A stretch of DNA of 64,000 nt from Dehalococcoidia bacterium (GCA_965202965.1 OZ241888.1:876653-940652), one strand, 5' to 3'; numbered from the stretch's first letter, positions 18,124-26,709 are shown. A program made the numbers and translations. Notes: a model not told the origin generated them from the letters alone.

Positions 18124-18879
18124 CTACGCGCTTTGGTAACTCTCCAGCGCCTCGTCCGGGAAGTCGGCGTTGGAGTACACTTTCTGAACGTCGTCGAGTT
18201 CCTCTAGCTGGTCGAGCAGCCTTAGTATCTGACCGGCGGACTTATTATCCAACGGAACGGTGTTGCTTGGTATCAGAGACACCTCGGATGAGCTTATGGT
18301 CGCGTCGCTCGACTCCAGCGCGCTGCGAACGTCCTCCAGGGTGCTGGGCTCCGAAAAGACCTGGAGAGTGTCTGAGTCCGCGTCGAAATCGTCCGCTCCC
18401 GCGTCAATCGCGACGAGCGTGAACTCCTCCGCCTCTTCCTCTGAAACTTCCACTGTAATCACACCACGCTTGTTGAACTGCCATGAGACCGCGCCGGACT
18501 CGGCCAGGTTGCCGCCCGCCCTGGTGAGAGTGGTTCGGACGTCCGAGACTGTGCGGTTGCGGTTGTCGGTGAGCGTCTCCAGCATGATTGCCACGCCGCC
18601 CGGCCCGTAACCCTCGTAAATCATCTCGATCATCTGGACGCCGTCGTCGGTCTCGCCGGTGCCGCGCTTGATCGCCCTGTCTATATTGTCGTTGGGCATA
18701 TTGGCGTCTTTGGCGCGCTGGATGGCCATCCTCAGCCTGAAGTTGCTGTCAGGGTCGCCTCCGCCCTCGCGCGCCGCCACGATTACCTCGCGCGCCAGCT
18801 TGGTGAACATCTTGCCCCGCCTGTGGTCGGTAATCGCCTTGGCGTGCTTGATCTGCGACCATTTAGAATGTCCTGCCAT
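18124..18879 (-). CDS. yebC: YebC/PmpR-family DNA-binding transcriptional regulator
   Basis: Canonical N-terminus MAGHSKWSQIKHAKA...KMFTKLAREV. The start is set at that Met, 78 nt inside the ORF-track ORF. Confidence 0.9.
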   Translation of the reverse strand: MAGHSKWSQIKHAKAITDHRRGKMFTKLAREVIVAAREGGGDPDSNFRLRMAIQRAKDANMPNDNIDRAIKRGTGETDDGVQMIEMIYEGYGPGGVAIMLETLTDNRNRTVSDVRTTLTRAGGNLAESGAVSWQFNKRGVITVEVSEEEAEEFTLVAIDAGADDFDADSDTLQVFSEPSTLEDVRSALESSDATISSSEVSLIPSNTVPLDNKSAGQILRLLDQLEELDDVQKVYSNADFPDEALESYQSA

Positions 18880-19041
18880 ATCCCAATCTCCCCGGAAGTG
18901 GTGACTCGCGCCTGCCTCAGAATACTTAGGTTGCTGAAGACCCAACGTAGAATGCAATGTGCAATATGGATTAGTCGGGCGTCTGACGCTGGCCGAATTT
19001 TATCACGGGGTCAGAAGTCGGTCAAAACTCGGACGCACACA

Positions 19042-19262
19042 AGACCTTTGCGTAACCCATTCCCACTTCGTTACGGAGGTCTGGGTAAATGAGTAGATGG
19101 GCAAATTGATAGCTGGGCAGGCCGCCCATCCACCCGTGGATTGCCTAACGGCGAGCCCTTCGGGGTTCCCGCCTTCGCGGGCATGACGGTAGGGGAGCGG
19201 GAATGACGGTAGTTGTGCAAAGGTCTCCCTTCGCGGGCATGACGGTGGTTGTGCCGAGGTCT
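19042..19262 (+). mobile_element. MITE-like element, copy 1 (core 19042-19226 plus a partial duplicated right end to 19262)
   Basis: The left end agacctttgcgtaac and right end gttgtgcaaaggtct are inverted repeats. The interior contains ggattgcc...ggttcccgccttcgcgggcatgacggtaggggagcgggaatgacggta hairpin units. Confidence 0.5.
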
Positions 19263-19277
19263 CCGCACACGGTAGCC

Positions 19278-20186
19278 TTACAAACTGATGCAGGATTCTT
19301 CTGGCGCCGGATCACTGAACAGGTCCGGGTGAATTATCCGGGCCATGATCTCCAGACCGTCCACCAGGCGCGGTCCGCTGCGACTGAACAGCGCTCCCGA
19401 GTCCACAGCATAGACACGGCCGTTGCGAAAGGCCGACATCCCTCTCCAGTCGTCGGGGTTGGTTAGCGCCTCGAATTCGGCACGCGCCTGGGCGATATTC
19501 ATGCCGCAGGGCATCAGGACCAGTACATCGGGATCGGCGTCGAGTAGTTTCTGCATCTCCAGTCGGGGAGATGGTGAGCCCGGGCTGACCAGGGCATCCT
19601 TGCCACCCGCAATTTCGACCATTTCGGGTATCCAGTGCCCGGCGGCGATGACAGGGTCCAGCCACTCGATGCAGGCGACGGTTGGAGTGTCGTCGGCTTC
19701 GGCTGATGAGCGACGCACAGAGTCAATCCTCGCGCGAAGATTGAACACGGCGTGGTGCGCGGACGACGCTCTTCCGGTGTGCTCTCCGACCCGGAGGATG
19801 TCTTCCAGTACATCGTCAATACCGTGCGGATCAAGCGAAAGCACCTCCGGCGGCGAGTCGAGCCGCTGGACTGCCTGCTGCACATCCTCGAAAGACACGG
19901 CGCACACCTCGCAAAGCTGTTGTGTGATTACCAGGTCGGGACGGGCCTCGGTCAGCGTATCCTCATCCACCTCGTAGATGTTTTCACCGCGCATCATCAT
20001 CTCGGTGACGAGCTTGTCTATCTCGCCGCTGCTGAGAGTGTCGGGGTCGAACCGGCTGCGGACCACTTTCGGCTTGTCAGCTGCGTCCGAGGGAAAGTCG
20101 CATTCGTGGCTGACGCCGTGGAGAGAGTCGCCCAAGCCGAGCATATAGACTATCTCGGTCGCGCTGGGGAGGAACGTGCATATGCG
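19278..20186 (-). CDS. Periplasmic-binding-protein type 2 fold protein (BtuF/cobalamin- or siderophore-binding-like), no signal peptide
   Basis: MRICTFLPSATEIVYMLGLGDSLHGVSHECDFP and PDLVI/PDVLVL motifs typical of the BtuF/FhuD family. No N-terminal signal sequence. Confidence 0.65.
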   Translation of the reverse strand, partial: RICTFLPSATEIVYMLGLGDSLHGVSHECDFPSDAADKPKVVRSRFDPDTLSSGEIDKLVTEMMMRGENIYEVDEDTLTEARPDLVITQQLCEVCAVSFEDVQQAVQRLDSPPEVLSLDPHGIDDVLEDILRVGEHTGRASSAHHAVFNLRARIDSVRRSSAEADDTPTVACIEWLDPVIAAGHWIPEMVEIAGGKDALVSPGSPSPRLEMQKLLDADPDVLVLMPCGMNIAQARAEFEALTNPDDWRGMSAFRNGRVYAVDSGALFSRSGPRLVDGLEIMARIIHPDLFSDPAPEESCISL

Positions 20187-20248
20187 CATAGGTTGTCTCC
20201 TGTGTTCCGATTCATAACTCACTTTGGCTGCTTGGATTGCCGCTTTCA

Positions 20249-20377
20249 GAGACTTTTGCGAACCTTATTCGGAAGGACTGAATAGGTGCGTGAACTCGCA
20301 AATTCGTAGCTACTCGCACTGCCCCCCACCCCTGGATTCCCTCCTTCGAGGGAATGACGGTAGTTGTGCAAAGGTCT
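20249..20377 (+). mobile_element. MITE-like element, copy 2 (shorter)
   Basis: Left end agacttttgcgaac, right end gttgtgcaaaggtct. The interior cgcaaattcgtagct...ccccacccctggattccctccttcgagggaatgacggta is colinear with copies 1 and 3. Confidence 0.5.
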
Positions 20378-20448
20378 CCCTTCGCGGGAATGGAGAGGGG
20401 CGGCCACAAGGGACGCCCCTACGGTCTGGTTGCGAGATTATGGGTTGG

Positions 20449-21657
20449 CTAGAGCGCGCCTTCGTTCTCGAACGCTTGCGCCAGCTGCGCTATGCCCTCG
20501 TGTATCTCTTCGGGGGAGTTGAAGCCGAAGCAGAGGCGGGCGTAGTTCCGGCCTGAGACTCCGTCCGGGGCGAAGTTGACGCCGGCGTGGTAGCCGACAT
20601 CATATTTGTCCAGGACGTCGTCGCGTATCGAGGTGATGTCGCTTCCGTCGGGCAGCTTGAGCCAGACGAACAGACCGCCGTCGGGCCTGCTCCACTCGGC
20701 GCGGTCGCCGAAGTTCTCGCCCAGCGCGGCGAGCATCGCGTCGCGCTTGGCACGCTGAACGTCGTTGATCTCCTCGATGTGAGCGTCGAGCTGGCCTGTC
20801 GAATAGCGATGAATCGCGTAGGAAGCGAACGTATTGGCCGAACCGCCGCTCTTCGCGACCAGCGCGCGGTCGAGTACGGCTGACGGGGCCGTTACGTAGC
20901 CGATCCTCATGCCGGGTGCGATGATCTTGGAGAACGAGGCGACGTACATCGTGCTGTCAGTATCGTCGAGCGAATAGATCGAGGTGGGCTGAACATCGCC
21001 GTCCAGTCGGAGGTCGGCGTAGCAGTCGTCCTCGAGAATGGGCACTCCGTGCCTGTTGGCTATCTCGACCATCGCCTTACGGCGTTCGAGGCTCATAGTC
21101 CACCCCATGGGGTTCTGGTACGTCGGTATGGTATAGATCATCTTGGGACGCTTGCCCTGCGATATGGCATTCGTGATCGCGCCCTCGAGAGCGTCCGGCA
21201 GCATACCGTCGTTGTCGGTCTCGACGCCGCGCACGTCGGCTCCGAAGCGCTTGAGCTGTCCAAGCGTGCCGCTGTACACGAAGTCTTCCGTCAGCGCCAC
21301 GTCGCCCGGATCAATCAGGACTTCTATCAGCATGTGTATAGGCTGGCCTGATCCGTCCCCCAGGATGATGTCGTCCGGCGAGACGTGAATGTTCCTGTCC
21401 CTGGCGAGCTTGTCGGCGACGAATTCGCGGAGGGGCCTGTATCCCTGCGGATGAGCGTATATGGCAAGGTCCTCGCCCTCGGCCCTGAGCGCATCCTGAA
21501 GACCTTCTACCAGGCCGTCGAACGGGATGGACTTGGGATCGGGATAGGCGACCGCGAAGTCGTACTTTCCTCGCTTGACCGCACTGACCCTTGGACGGGC
21601 TTCGGGGGCGCGGCTCGAATACAGGTTTTCGAAGCTGAACTTATTCTCTTCCGGCAT
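20449..21657 (-). CDS. PLP-dependent aminotransferase (class I/II fold)
   Basis: SFSKIIAPGMRIGY carries the PLP lysine. An AGGAGA RBS lies 6 nt before the ATG at 21657 (MPEENKF); the ORF-track start at 21675 is TTG. Confidence 0.85.
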   Translation of the reverse strand: MPEENKFSFENLYSSRAPEARPRVSAVKRGKYDFAVAYPDPKSIPFDGLVEGLQDALRAEGEDLAIYAHPQGYRPLREFVADKLARDRNIHVSPDDIILGDGSGQPIHMLIEVLIDPGDVALTEDFVYSGTLGQLKRFGADVRGVETDNDGMLPDALEGAITNAISQGKRPKMIYTIPTYQNPMGWTMSLERRKAMVEIANRHGVPILEDDCYADLRLDGDVQPTSIYSLDDTDSTMYVASFSKIIAPGMRIGYVTAPSAVLDRALVAKSGGSANTFASYAIHRYSTGQLDAHIEEINDVQRAKRDAMLAALGENFGDRAEWSRPDGGLFVWLKLPDGSDITSIRDDVLDKYDVGYHAGVNFAPDGVSGRNYARLCFGFNSPEEIHEGIAQLAQAFENEGAL

Positions 21658-21730
21658 AGGGTTTCTCCTACTCAATTATCAATTGTCAATTCACAGTTTT
21701 GTATTGCGGCGCGACTGTATGGATTGGCCG

Positions 21731-22927
21731 TCAGGCGTTGTCGAACAGGCCCTCTCGCTCGAAGACATCGGCGAGTATTCCGATACCGTCGGCGATTTCG
21801 TCGGTGTCGTGATAGCTGTAGGTAAGGCGCATATAGTTGTTGGGCGAGCGGTTGGCGCGATAGACGGCTCCCGGGTTGTATTTCACGCCGGCTTGCACAG
21901 CCTTTTCGAGTGTGTTCCAGGTATCCGCGCCCTCGGGCAGTTTGCCCCAGAGCATCATTCCTCCGTGCGGGTTACTCCACTCGCAGCTTGGAGGGAACCG
22001 TTCGCCGAGAGCGGCGAGCATTGCGTCGCGCTTCGCGCCAAGTGATCTAGCCACGGACTCGATGTACTCGTCGCCGTGCTGACGCAGGTATTCGTAAATG
22101 GCCATCGAGGTCAGGTGGCTGGGCGAGGTTCCGAATCGAAGGCTGCCGACCACGTCCTTTACCGGATCGGGCACGACGCCGAACCCGAGACGCAGTCCGC
22201 ATCCCAGCAGCTTGGTGTACGCGGATACGTGCATTACGCCGTCCTCGTCGTCGAGCCCATACATCGCCGGGGGCAGGGGGTCTCCGTCTATTCGGAAGTC
22301 GGCGTAGGACTCATTCTCCAGAATCGGGATACCATATCTCTGGGATATTTCGACCATGCGCTTGCGACGGTCAGCGCTCAGGGTAACTCCCATAGGATTC
22401 TGATAGACGCTGATGGTGTATATGAGCTTGGGCTTGACGCCCTCGGCGGCGAGGTCTTTGATGGTCTGTTCGAGTGCGTCGGTGTCCATGCCGTCTTCGT
22501 CGGTCGGCAGGTGGATAATGTTGGCGCGTTTGCCCAAGAGCATACCCAGCGTGCCGGAGTAGCAGAACTGTTCGACCAGGACGGTATCGCCCTCATCAAC
22601 GAGGGTGTCGAGCATCACGCCGACGGCTCCGCCCGCGCCAGAGCTCAGGAATATGTTGTCCACCGGAACGTCCATGCCCCTGTTGTCGCGCAGGGCGGCG
22701 GCGATGTACTCTCGAAGGCCGACGTGGCCCTGTGGAGGCGGGTACTTGGCGAGTTCCACACCCTCGCGGGGCATTATGTCGGCCAGCGCGTCAACGAAGC
22801 CCTGCACAGGCATGGTGTCGCGGTCGGTATAGGTCACCGAGAATATGTACTTGGTGTCCTCGGCCTGTCCGGGCGGGCTCTCGACTGCCGCGGGAAGGTT
22901 CTTGGTGAACAGGTCTGTATAGTCCAT
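21731..22927 (-). CDS. PLP-dependent aminotransferase (paralog of the downstream gene)
   Basis: It aligns by eye along its whole length with the 20449-21657 product (YPPPQGHVGLREYIA vs YAHPQGYRPLREFVA; YTISVYQNPMG vs YTIPTYQNPMG). A GAGGAGA RBS is present. Confidence 0.85.
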   Translation of the reverse strand: MDYTDLFTKNLPAAVESPPGQAEDTKYIFSVTYTDRDTMPVQGFVDALADIMPREGVELAKYPPPQGHVGLREYIAAALRDNRGMDVPVDNIFLSSGAGGAVGVMLDTLVDEGDTVLVEQFCYSGTLGMLLGKRANIIHLPTDEDGMDTDALEQTIKDLAAEGVKPKLIYTISVYQNPMGVTLSADRRKRMVEISQRYGIPILENESYADFRIDGDPLPPAMYGLDDEDGVMHVSAYTKLLGCGLRLGFGVVPDPVKDVVGSLRFGTSPSHLTSMAIYEYLRQHGDEYIESVARSLGAKRDAMLAALGERFPPSCEWSNPHGGMMLWGKLPEGADTWNTLEKAVQAGVKYNPGAVYRANRSPNNYMRLTYSYHDTDEIADGIGILADVFEREGLFDNA

Positions 22928-23128
22928 TTGGTCTCCTCTCGCGCGTTTGGCGCGCGGATATGGCAGCCGAATTGTAAGCCAAGCGTGTTAGGCTGTCAAA
23001 GAAGCGCGGCGGTGGGGAAGCGTCATGGAAGTGGCGGGCATGAGTATGTCCACGAAGGGCGCGAAGGGACACAAAGATATTAGGTATTGGCATATTATGA
23101 TGGATACGCATAGATGAAGCGGCGCAAG

Positions 23129-23171
23129 TCACCCTCATCCTAGCCCTCTCCCAGAGGGAGAGGGGACTTTT
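23129..23171 (+). repeat. Family-A intergenic hairpin repeat, short form
   Basis: tcaccctcatcctagccctctcccagagggagaggggactttt, with stem ccctctccc/gggagaggg. Confidence 0.8.
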
Positions 23172-23179
23172 ACATATGG

Positions 23180-24016
23180 TTAGCCGTCGTATCCGGTTAG
23201 TCCTTCGGGCGAGTCAGGGATCTTCACGTCGGACTCATCTCGCGCTCTCCAGCGTTCCATATATTCGCGGTGCTCAGCGGCTGCGATTTGGAGTTGTTCT
23301 TTGGTCATTACCGGAGGGGGCTGGGCGTCTATGATCTCCCACATAGAGAGGTCAACGCCCCGCATGGCCTCTTCATGCGCCTCGCGTTCTTCAGGGGGGA
23401 TCTCTTCGACGATACGCTTGAGCTTCTCGATTACCCTGGTCATGTTTTCTTCGGATGAGAGGTAGGCCTCGCGTTCTTCGTCAATTGTCAATTGAGCGCT
23501 TTCGGCTGTCGGTTCGGCTTTGGACGCGGGCGTGACGGTATTGTCGTGCGGAGGCTGGGTATAGGTTTCATCGAAGCCGCGCTTGATGAGTTCGCGGGCT
23601 GCGGCGATGCGGTGGTGAGGCTTGAAGCCTTCGTCGTTCCTGACGCCGTCCATGACCTCTGCGTACATCTTGATGACGGTTCGACCGTCCTGGGTGAGTT
23701 CCCTGGCGTATTCGGCAAGCTGCTGTCGCGCCTCGGCTATCTCAGGTGAGATGTCGGCGTCGGGACTGCTTGTTCTCTTGACCCTGGTTCTTGGAGTTGT
23801 GGAGTTGGCGTGTATGTAGTCGGAGAACTCGGTGAGCCCTATCTTGACGAGTTCTTTGGCTGCGTCCATGCGGTGGCATGGTTGGAAGCCTTCAGAGTGT
23901 AGTTCGTTGTCTGCGACTTGAACGAGGAACCTGACAATGCGTCGCCCGTCGCCGGTTTCTTCGGCGACTATCTGGGCGAGTCGTTCGCGTGGTGTCAGGT
24001 TGTCGTTGTCGCTCAT
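23180..24016 (-). CDS. Hypothetical protein with internal tandem duplication and acidic C-terminus
   Basis: Two roughly 55-aa repeats: GDGRRIVRFLVQVADNELHSEGFQPCHRMDAAKELVKIGL and QDGRTVIKMYAEVMDGVRNDEGFKPHHRIAAARELIKRGF. Confidence 0.5.
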   Translation of the reverse strand: MSDNDNLTPRERLAQIVAEETGDGRRIVRFLVQVADNELHSEGFQPCHRMDAAKELVKIGLTEFSDYIHANSTTPRTRVKRTSSPDADISPEIAEARQQLAEYARELTQDGRTVIKMYAEVMDGVRNDEGFKPHHRIAAARELIKRGFDETYTQPPHDNTVTPASKAEPTAESAQLTIDEEREAYLSSEENMTRVIEKLKRIVEEIPPEEREAHEEAMRGVDLSMWEIIDAQPPPVMTKEQLQIAAAEHREYMERWRARDESDVKIPDSPEGLTGYDG

Positions 24017-24285
24017 TGGTTATTGGTCCTTAGTGGTTAGTTCTTAGAAGTGGAAGCGCCCAGTGTGGAACTGAGCGCTGTGGCCATCGCCCTGTGTGGG
24101 CGAGGTGGTTGTATTCGATTTGGATGTATGATAGCACGGATATTCTGTGAGCGTCAAGGGCAACTTTGGGGGGATTTTCAATTATGAATTGGGGGCGGGT
24201 GTCTGAACTGTGATTTGGTTGATTGGGGTGATGGGCAGGATTATGGATTGCCGAGCGGCTCCCGTCCCTGGGTTCCCGCCTTCGG

Positions 24286-24451
24286 AAACCTTTGCGTAAC
24301 CCTAGACATCTTGGATTTGGAGGTCTGAATGAATGCGGAACATGGCAAATTCCTAGCTGCTTGTACCGTCTGGCCCCACCCCTGGATTCCCGCCTTCGCG
24401 AGAATGAATGACGGTAGGGGAGCAGGAATGATGGTAGTTGTGCAAAGGTCT
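24286..24451 (+). mobile_element. MITE-like element, copy 3
   Basis: Left end aaacctttgcgtaac, right end gttgtgcaaaggtct. The interior ggcaaattcctagct...ccccacccctggattcccgccttcgcgagaatgaatgacggtaggggagcaggaatgatggta is colinear with the other copies. A partial hairpin unit (24246-24285) precedes it. Confidence 0.5.
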
Positions 24452-24458
24452 CGGCCCG

Positions 24459-24857
24459 CTATCTTTGGGTGTCGAGTACGTGGAGGTACATGAAGGCGCC
24501 GGTGTAGGTGGTGGCTTCTTCGCAGTGACCGCCGACCATCTCGCCGGAGGGACGTGCAGCGGCGAGGTGGATGTGGACACGGATGCCGCCTTCGGGGAGG
24601 GGCTGGATGTAGCCCTCGGCGCTTACGAGTTCGAGGTTTTCGTCGAGGGTGGTTCGCTCGAAGACGGGCGCGCCTTCGGTGTCATGCTCGCAGAGGTTTC
24701 GCAGCCTGAGTTGGCGCAGGCTGCCGATGCAGGAGGTTATGGCGGCTTCGGTGATGCCCTCGGACAGGGCGAAGGCTTCGAGGTCGCCGACGAGCGACTC
24801 GCCCGGCCCGAAGCGGCGGTAGATGATATGTGTGTCGTTTGATTCCCACTTCGGCAT
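24459..24857 (-). CDS. PPC (DUF296) domain protein
   Basis: SAEGYIQPLPEGGIRVHIHLAAARPSGEMVGGHC resembles the PPC/DUF296 core. A GAGGAGA RBS precedes the ATG at 24857 (MPKWES). Confidence 0.6.
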   Translation of the reverse strand: MPKWESNDTHIIYRRFGPGESLVGDLEAFALSEGITEAAITSCIGSLRQLRLRNLCEHDTEGAPVFERTTLDENLELVSAEGYIQPLPEGGIRVHIHLAAARPSGEMVGGHCEEATTYTGAFMYLHVLDTQR

Positions 24858-24983
24858 TTGATTTCTCCTCTGAGTATAAGTTAGAGCATTGGCGTGGACG
24901 ATTCGACTAGGTTCTGTTGGCATTTGATGATTCAGTCCTCTAAACGATCACAGCGATAGCAACGTCAGCTATACTCCAAACTT

Positions 24984-25014
24984 CTGGATTCCCGTTTTCA
25001 CGGGAATGACGGTA
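24984..25014 (+). repeat. Solo family-B hairpin unit
   Basis: ctggattcccgttttcacgggaatgacggta. Confidence 0.7.
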
Positions 25015-25151
25015 AATGTCAACACGGCCTAGTGATTCGTGGGCAGTATAATACTAATTCCAGCACGACCTTATCGCCGTGAAGAGTGTACACTCCGCAG
25101 GTACACAATTCATTAGATGCCTGTAAGCAGCCACCGCCTCAGACCAGATCA

Positions 25152-26030
25152 ATGCCCAGCTTCGCATACGCCGCCAGATACGTTTACACAGACACAGTCA
25201 TTCAGAATGACAATCTACTTCGGGTCTCGGCGTATCACGACGCCTACCAGACACGCGTGATGTCCGCCGTAGCCACTGAACCACGGTCCGCGCCCAGGCA
25301 GTTCATAGACAGTTTCGGGAACTCGACTCACCACGCACGGATAGTTTCGCCGCATGATGAATTCATCATACTTTCCATAGGGACCGTGCGCCTGCGAAGA
25401 CCATCCACGCTCGACGACACATTTATTGAATCTATGGAGTACGATGAGAGCGCGCTCCGTTTCCTTGTTACTTCTCCCCTTGTCAATCCCGCGAATGTGA
25501 AAGATGCGGCTAGGGAGATAGCCGCCGGCGCCCGAAGCTTGCTGGAAACGGTAGGGGCGGTGGTTGACTGGATTTACGCCAATATAGAATATGAGCGGGG
25601 CTGGACGACGGTCGCCACACCCGCCGAGCGCATCCTCGAAACCAGAAGGGGCGTTTGCCAGGATATGACCCACCTGGCGATAGCTATGCTGAGATCGCTG
25701 GGGATTCCGGCGAGGTACGCGTCAGGGCTCCTGGTCACCCAACCCGGAGAGACGCACGCCTGGGTGGAGTACCTGCATCCGCTGCACGGCTGGACCGCGG
25801 CGGATCCGACCAGGGGGCAGCGTTTGTCAGCGGGCGGCGACCTCATCAAATTCGCAATCGGCCCGGACTATACGCATGCTTCTCCGGTGGAAGGCACGTT
25901 CAGGTCGCGCGGGACGGGGCAACTGGACGTGGCAGTCGGCCAGTTGCTGTCCCATGATCGGCCACCGTCCCTCGAGGATGCGTGGACTCTTATTGGGGGG
26001 CCGCGGCGCGCGCAGACGTTCTGGCCGTAA
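25152..26030 (+). CDS. Transglutaminase-family protein (Cys protease-like core)
   Basis: GVCQDMTHLAIAMLRSLGIPARYASG carries the catalytic Cys, followed by ETHAWVEY (His). An N-terminal bacterial transglutaminase N-domain-like segment YAARYVYTDTV is present. Confidence 0.8.
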   Translation: MPSFAYAARYVYTDTVIQNDNLLRVSAYHDAYQTRVMSAVATEPRSAPRQFIDSFGNSTHHARIVSPHDEFIILSIGTVRLRRPSTLDDTFIESMEYDESALRFLVTSPLVNPANVKDAAREIAAGARSLLETVGAVVDWIYANIEYERGWTTVATPAERILETRRGVCQDMTHLAIAMLRSLGIPARYASGLLVTQPGETHAWVEYLHPLHGWTAADPTRGQRLSAGGDLIKFAIGPDYTHASPVEGTFRSRGTGQLDVAVGQLLSHDRPPSLEDAWTLIGGPRRAQTFWP

Positions 26031-26033
26031 GGG

Positions 26034-26072
26034 GATCACCCTCACCCTAGCCCTCTCCCAGAGGGAGAGGGG
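26034..26072 (+). repeat. Family-A intergenic hairpin repeat, short form
   Basis: gatcaccctcaccctagccctctcccagagggagagggg, starting 4 nt after the transglutaminase stop codon. Confidence 0.8.
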
Positions 26073-26157
26073 ATAAGTCGGAATCTGAATATCCATCACA
26101 ACTAAGTTTTCGCACTACTAGAGATGATCTCCGAGGAGGCGGGAAATCAAGGTTCGG

Positions 26158-26709
26158 GTGACAAGAGTGGTAGATGGCGACTCGCTGGTAGTCGCGCGGC
26201 GCAGGTGGTTCAACTTTCTTCTGAAGCCGAAGCCATTTGCGGTGCGGCTCTATGCCATAGACGCGCCTGAGTTGTCTCAGCCACATGGACATGAGGCCAG
26301 GGAGGGTATGCGGAAGATGGCGCGCGGATCGCTGCGTCTGGATGTGGTGAACACGGACCGCTATGGACGTGTGGTTGGGGTGGTGTACCGGCGGAACAGG
26401 AAGAAGTCTCTGAATCATGCGATGGTGGCGGCCGGGCTGGCGTACTCGTACCAGAGGTACGGAAAGCTGGACGGGATTGACGAGGCGGAAGCGCGGGCGA
26501 GAAAACGGCGTCTGGGAATATGGAAGTCGGGCGGATCGCAGACACGTCCCTGGGATTACAGGCGCAGTCCAAGGGAAGGGAGAGGCAAGAAGGGGCGGTG
26601 GCGGCTCAGGCTTGTTGCGTTCCTGGCCTTGATTGGCGCGATGCTGTTGGGGGTGAATTGGTTGTGGGGAGTCTGGAGAGAAACGCTCGGGGCGATACTG
26701 GGAGTGTGA
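26158..26709 (+). CDS. Thermonuclease (staphylococcal nuclease/SNase) family protein with C-terminal TM anchor
   Basis: VVDGDSLVV, LYAIDAPE, DRYGRVVGVVY and KRRLGIWK motifs. The C-terminus has an RG-rich linker and then LVAFLALIGAMLLGV. GTG start. Confidence 0.75.
   Translation: MTRVVDGDSLVVARRRWFNFLLKPKPFAVRLYAIDAPELSQPHGHEAREGMRKMARGSLRLDVVNTDRYGRVVGVVYRRNRKKSLNHAMVAAGLAYSYQRYGKLDGIDEAEARARKRRLGIWKSGGSQTRPWDYRRSPREGRGKKGRWRLRLVAFLALIGAMLLGVNWLWGVWRETLGAILGV

Noticed and set aside
20187-20448. Cobalamin riboswitch upstream of the BtuF-like gene
   Set aside because: I found no B12-box-like (gccactg-type) core or the expected multi-stem architecture. The spacer is largely occupied by MITE-like copy 2.
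22076-23083. 335-aa plus-strand ORF. Similar long antisense ORFs lie at 34932-35942, 35959-36753, 53196-54251, 56375-57355, 58602-59534, 30434-31318, 14579-15256 and 4645-5358.
   Set aside because: Every one lies opposite a gene with strong family motifs and has a shadow-ORF composition. None has its own RBS or start context that I could see.
23180-24016. Prophage remnant, suggested by a phage-like helix motif in the internal-repeat protein
   Set aside because: There is no integrase, terminase, capsid or tRNA attachment site nearby, and the GC content is similar to the core genome.
19042-24451. Possible CRISPR array suggested by the recurring GC-rich palindromic repeats
   Set aside because: The repeats are not regularly spaced, are separated by whole genes, vary in length and composition, and no cas genes are present. 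They behave as REP/MITE-like elements.
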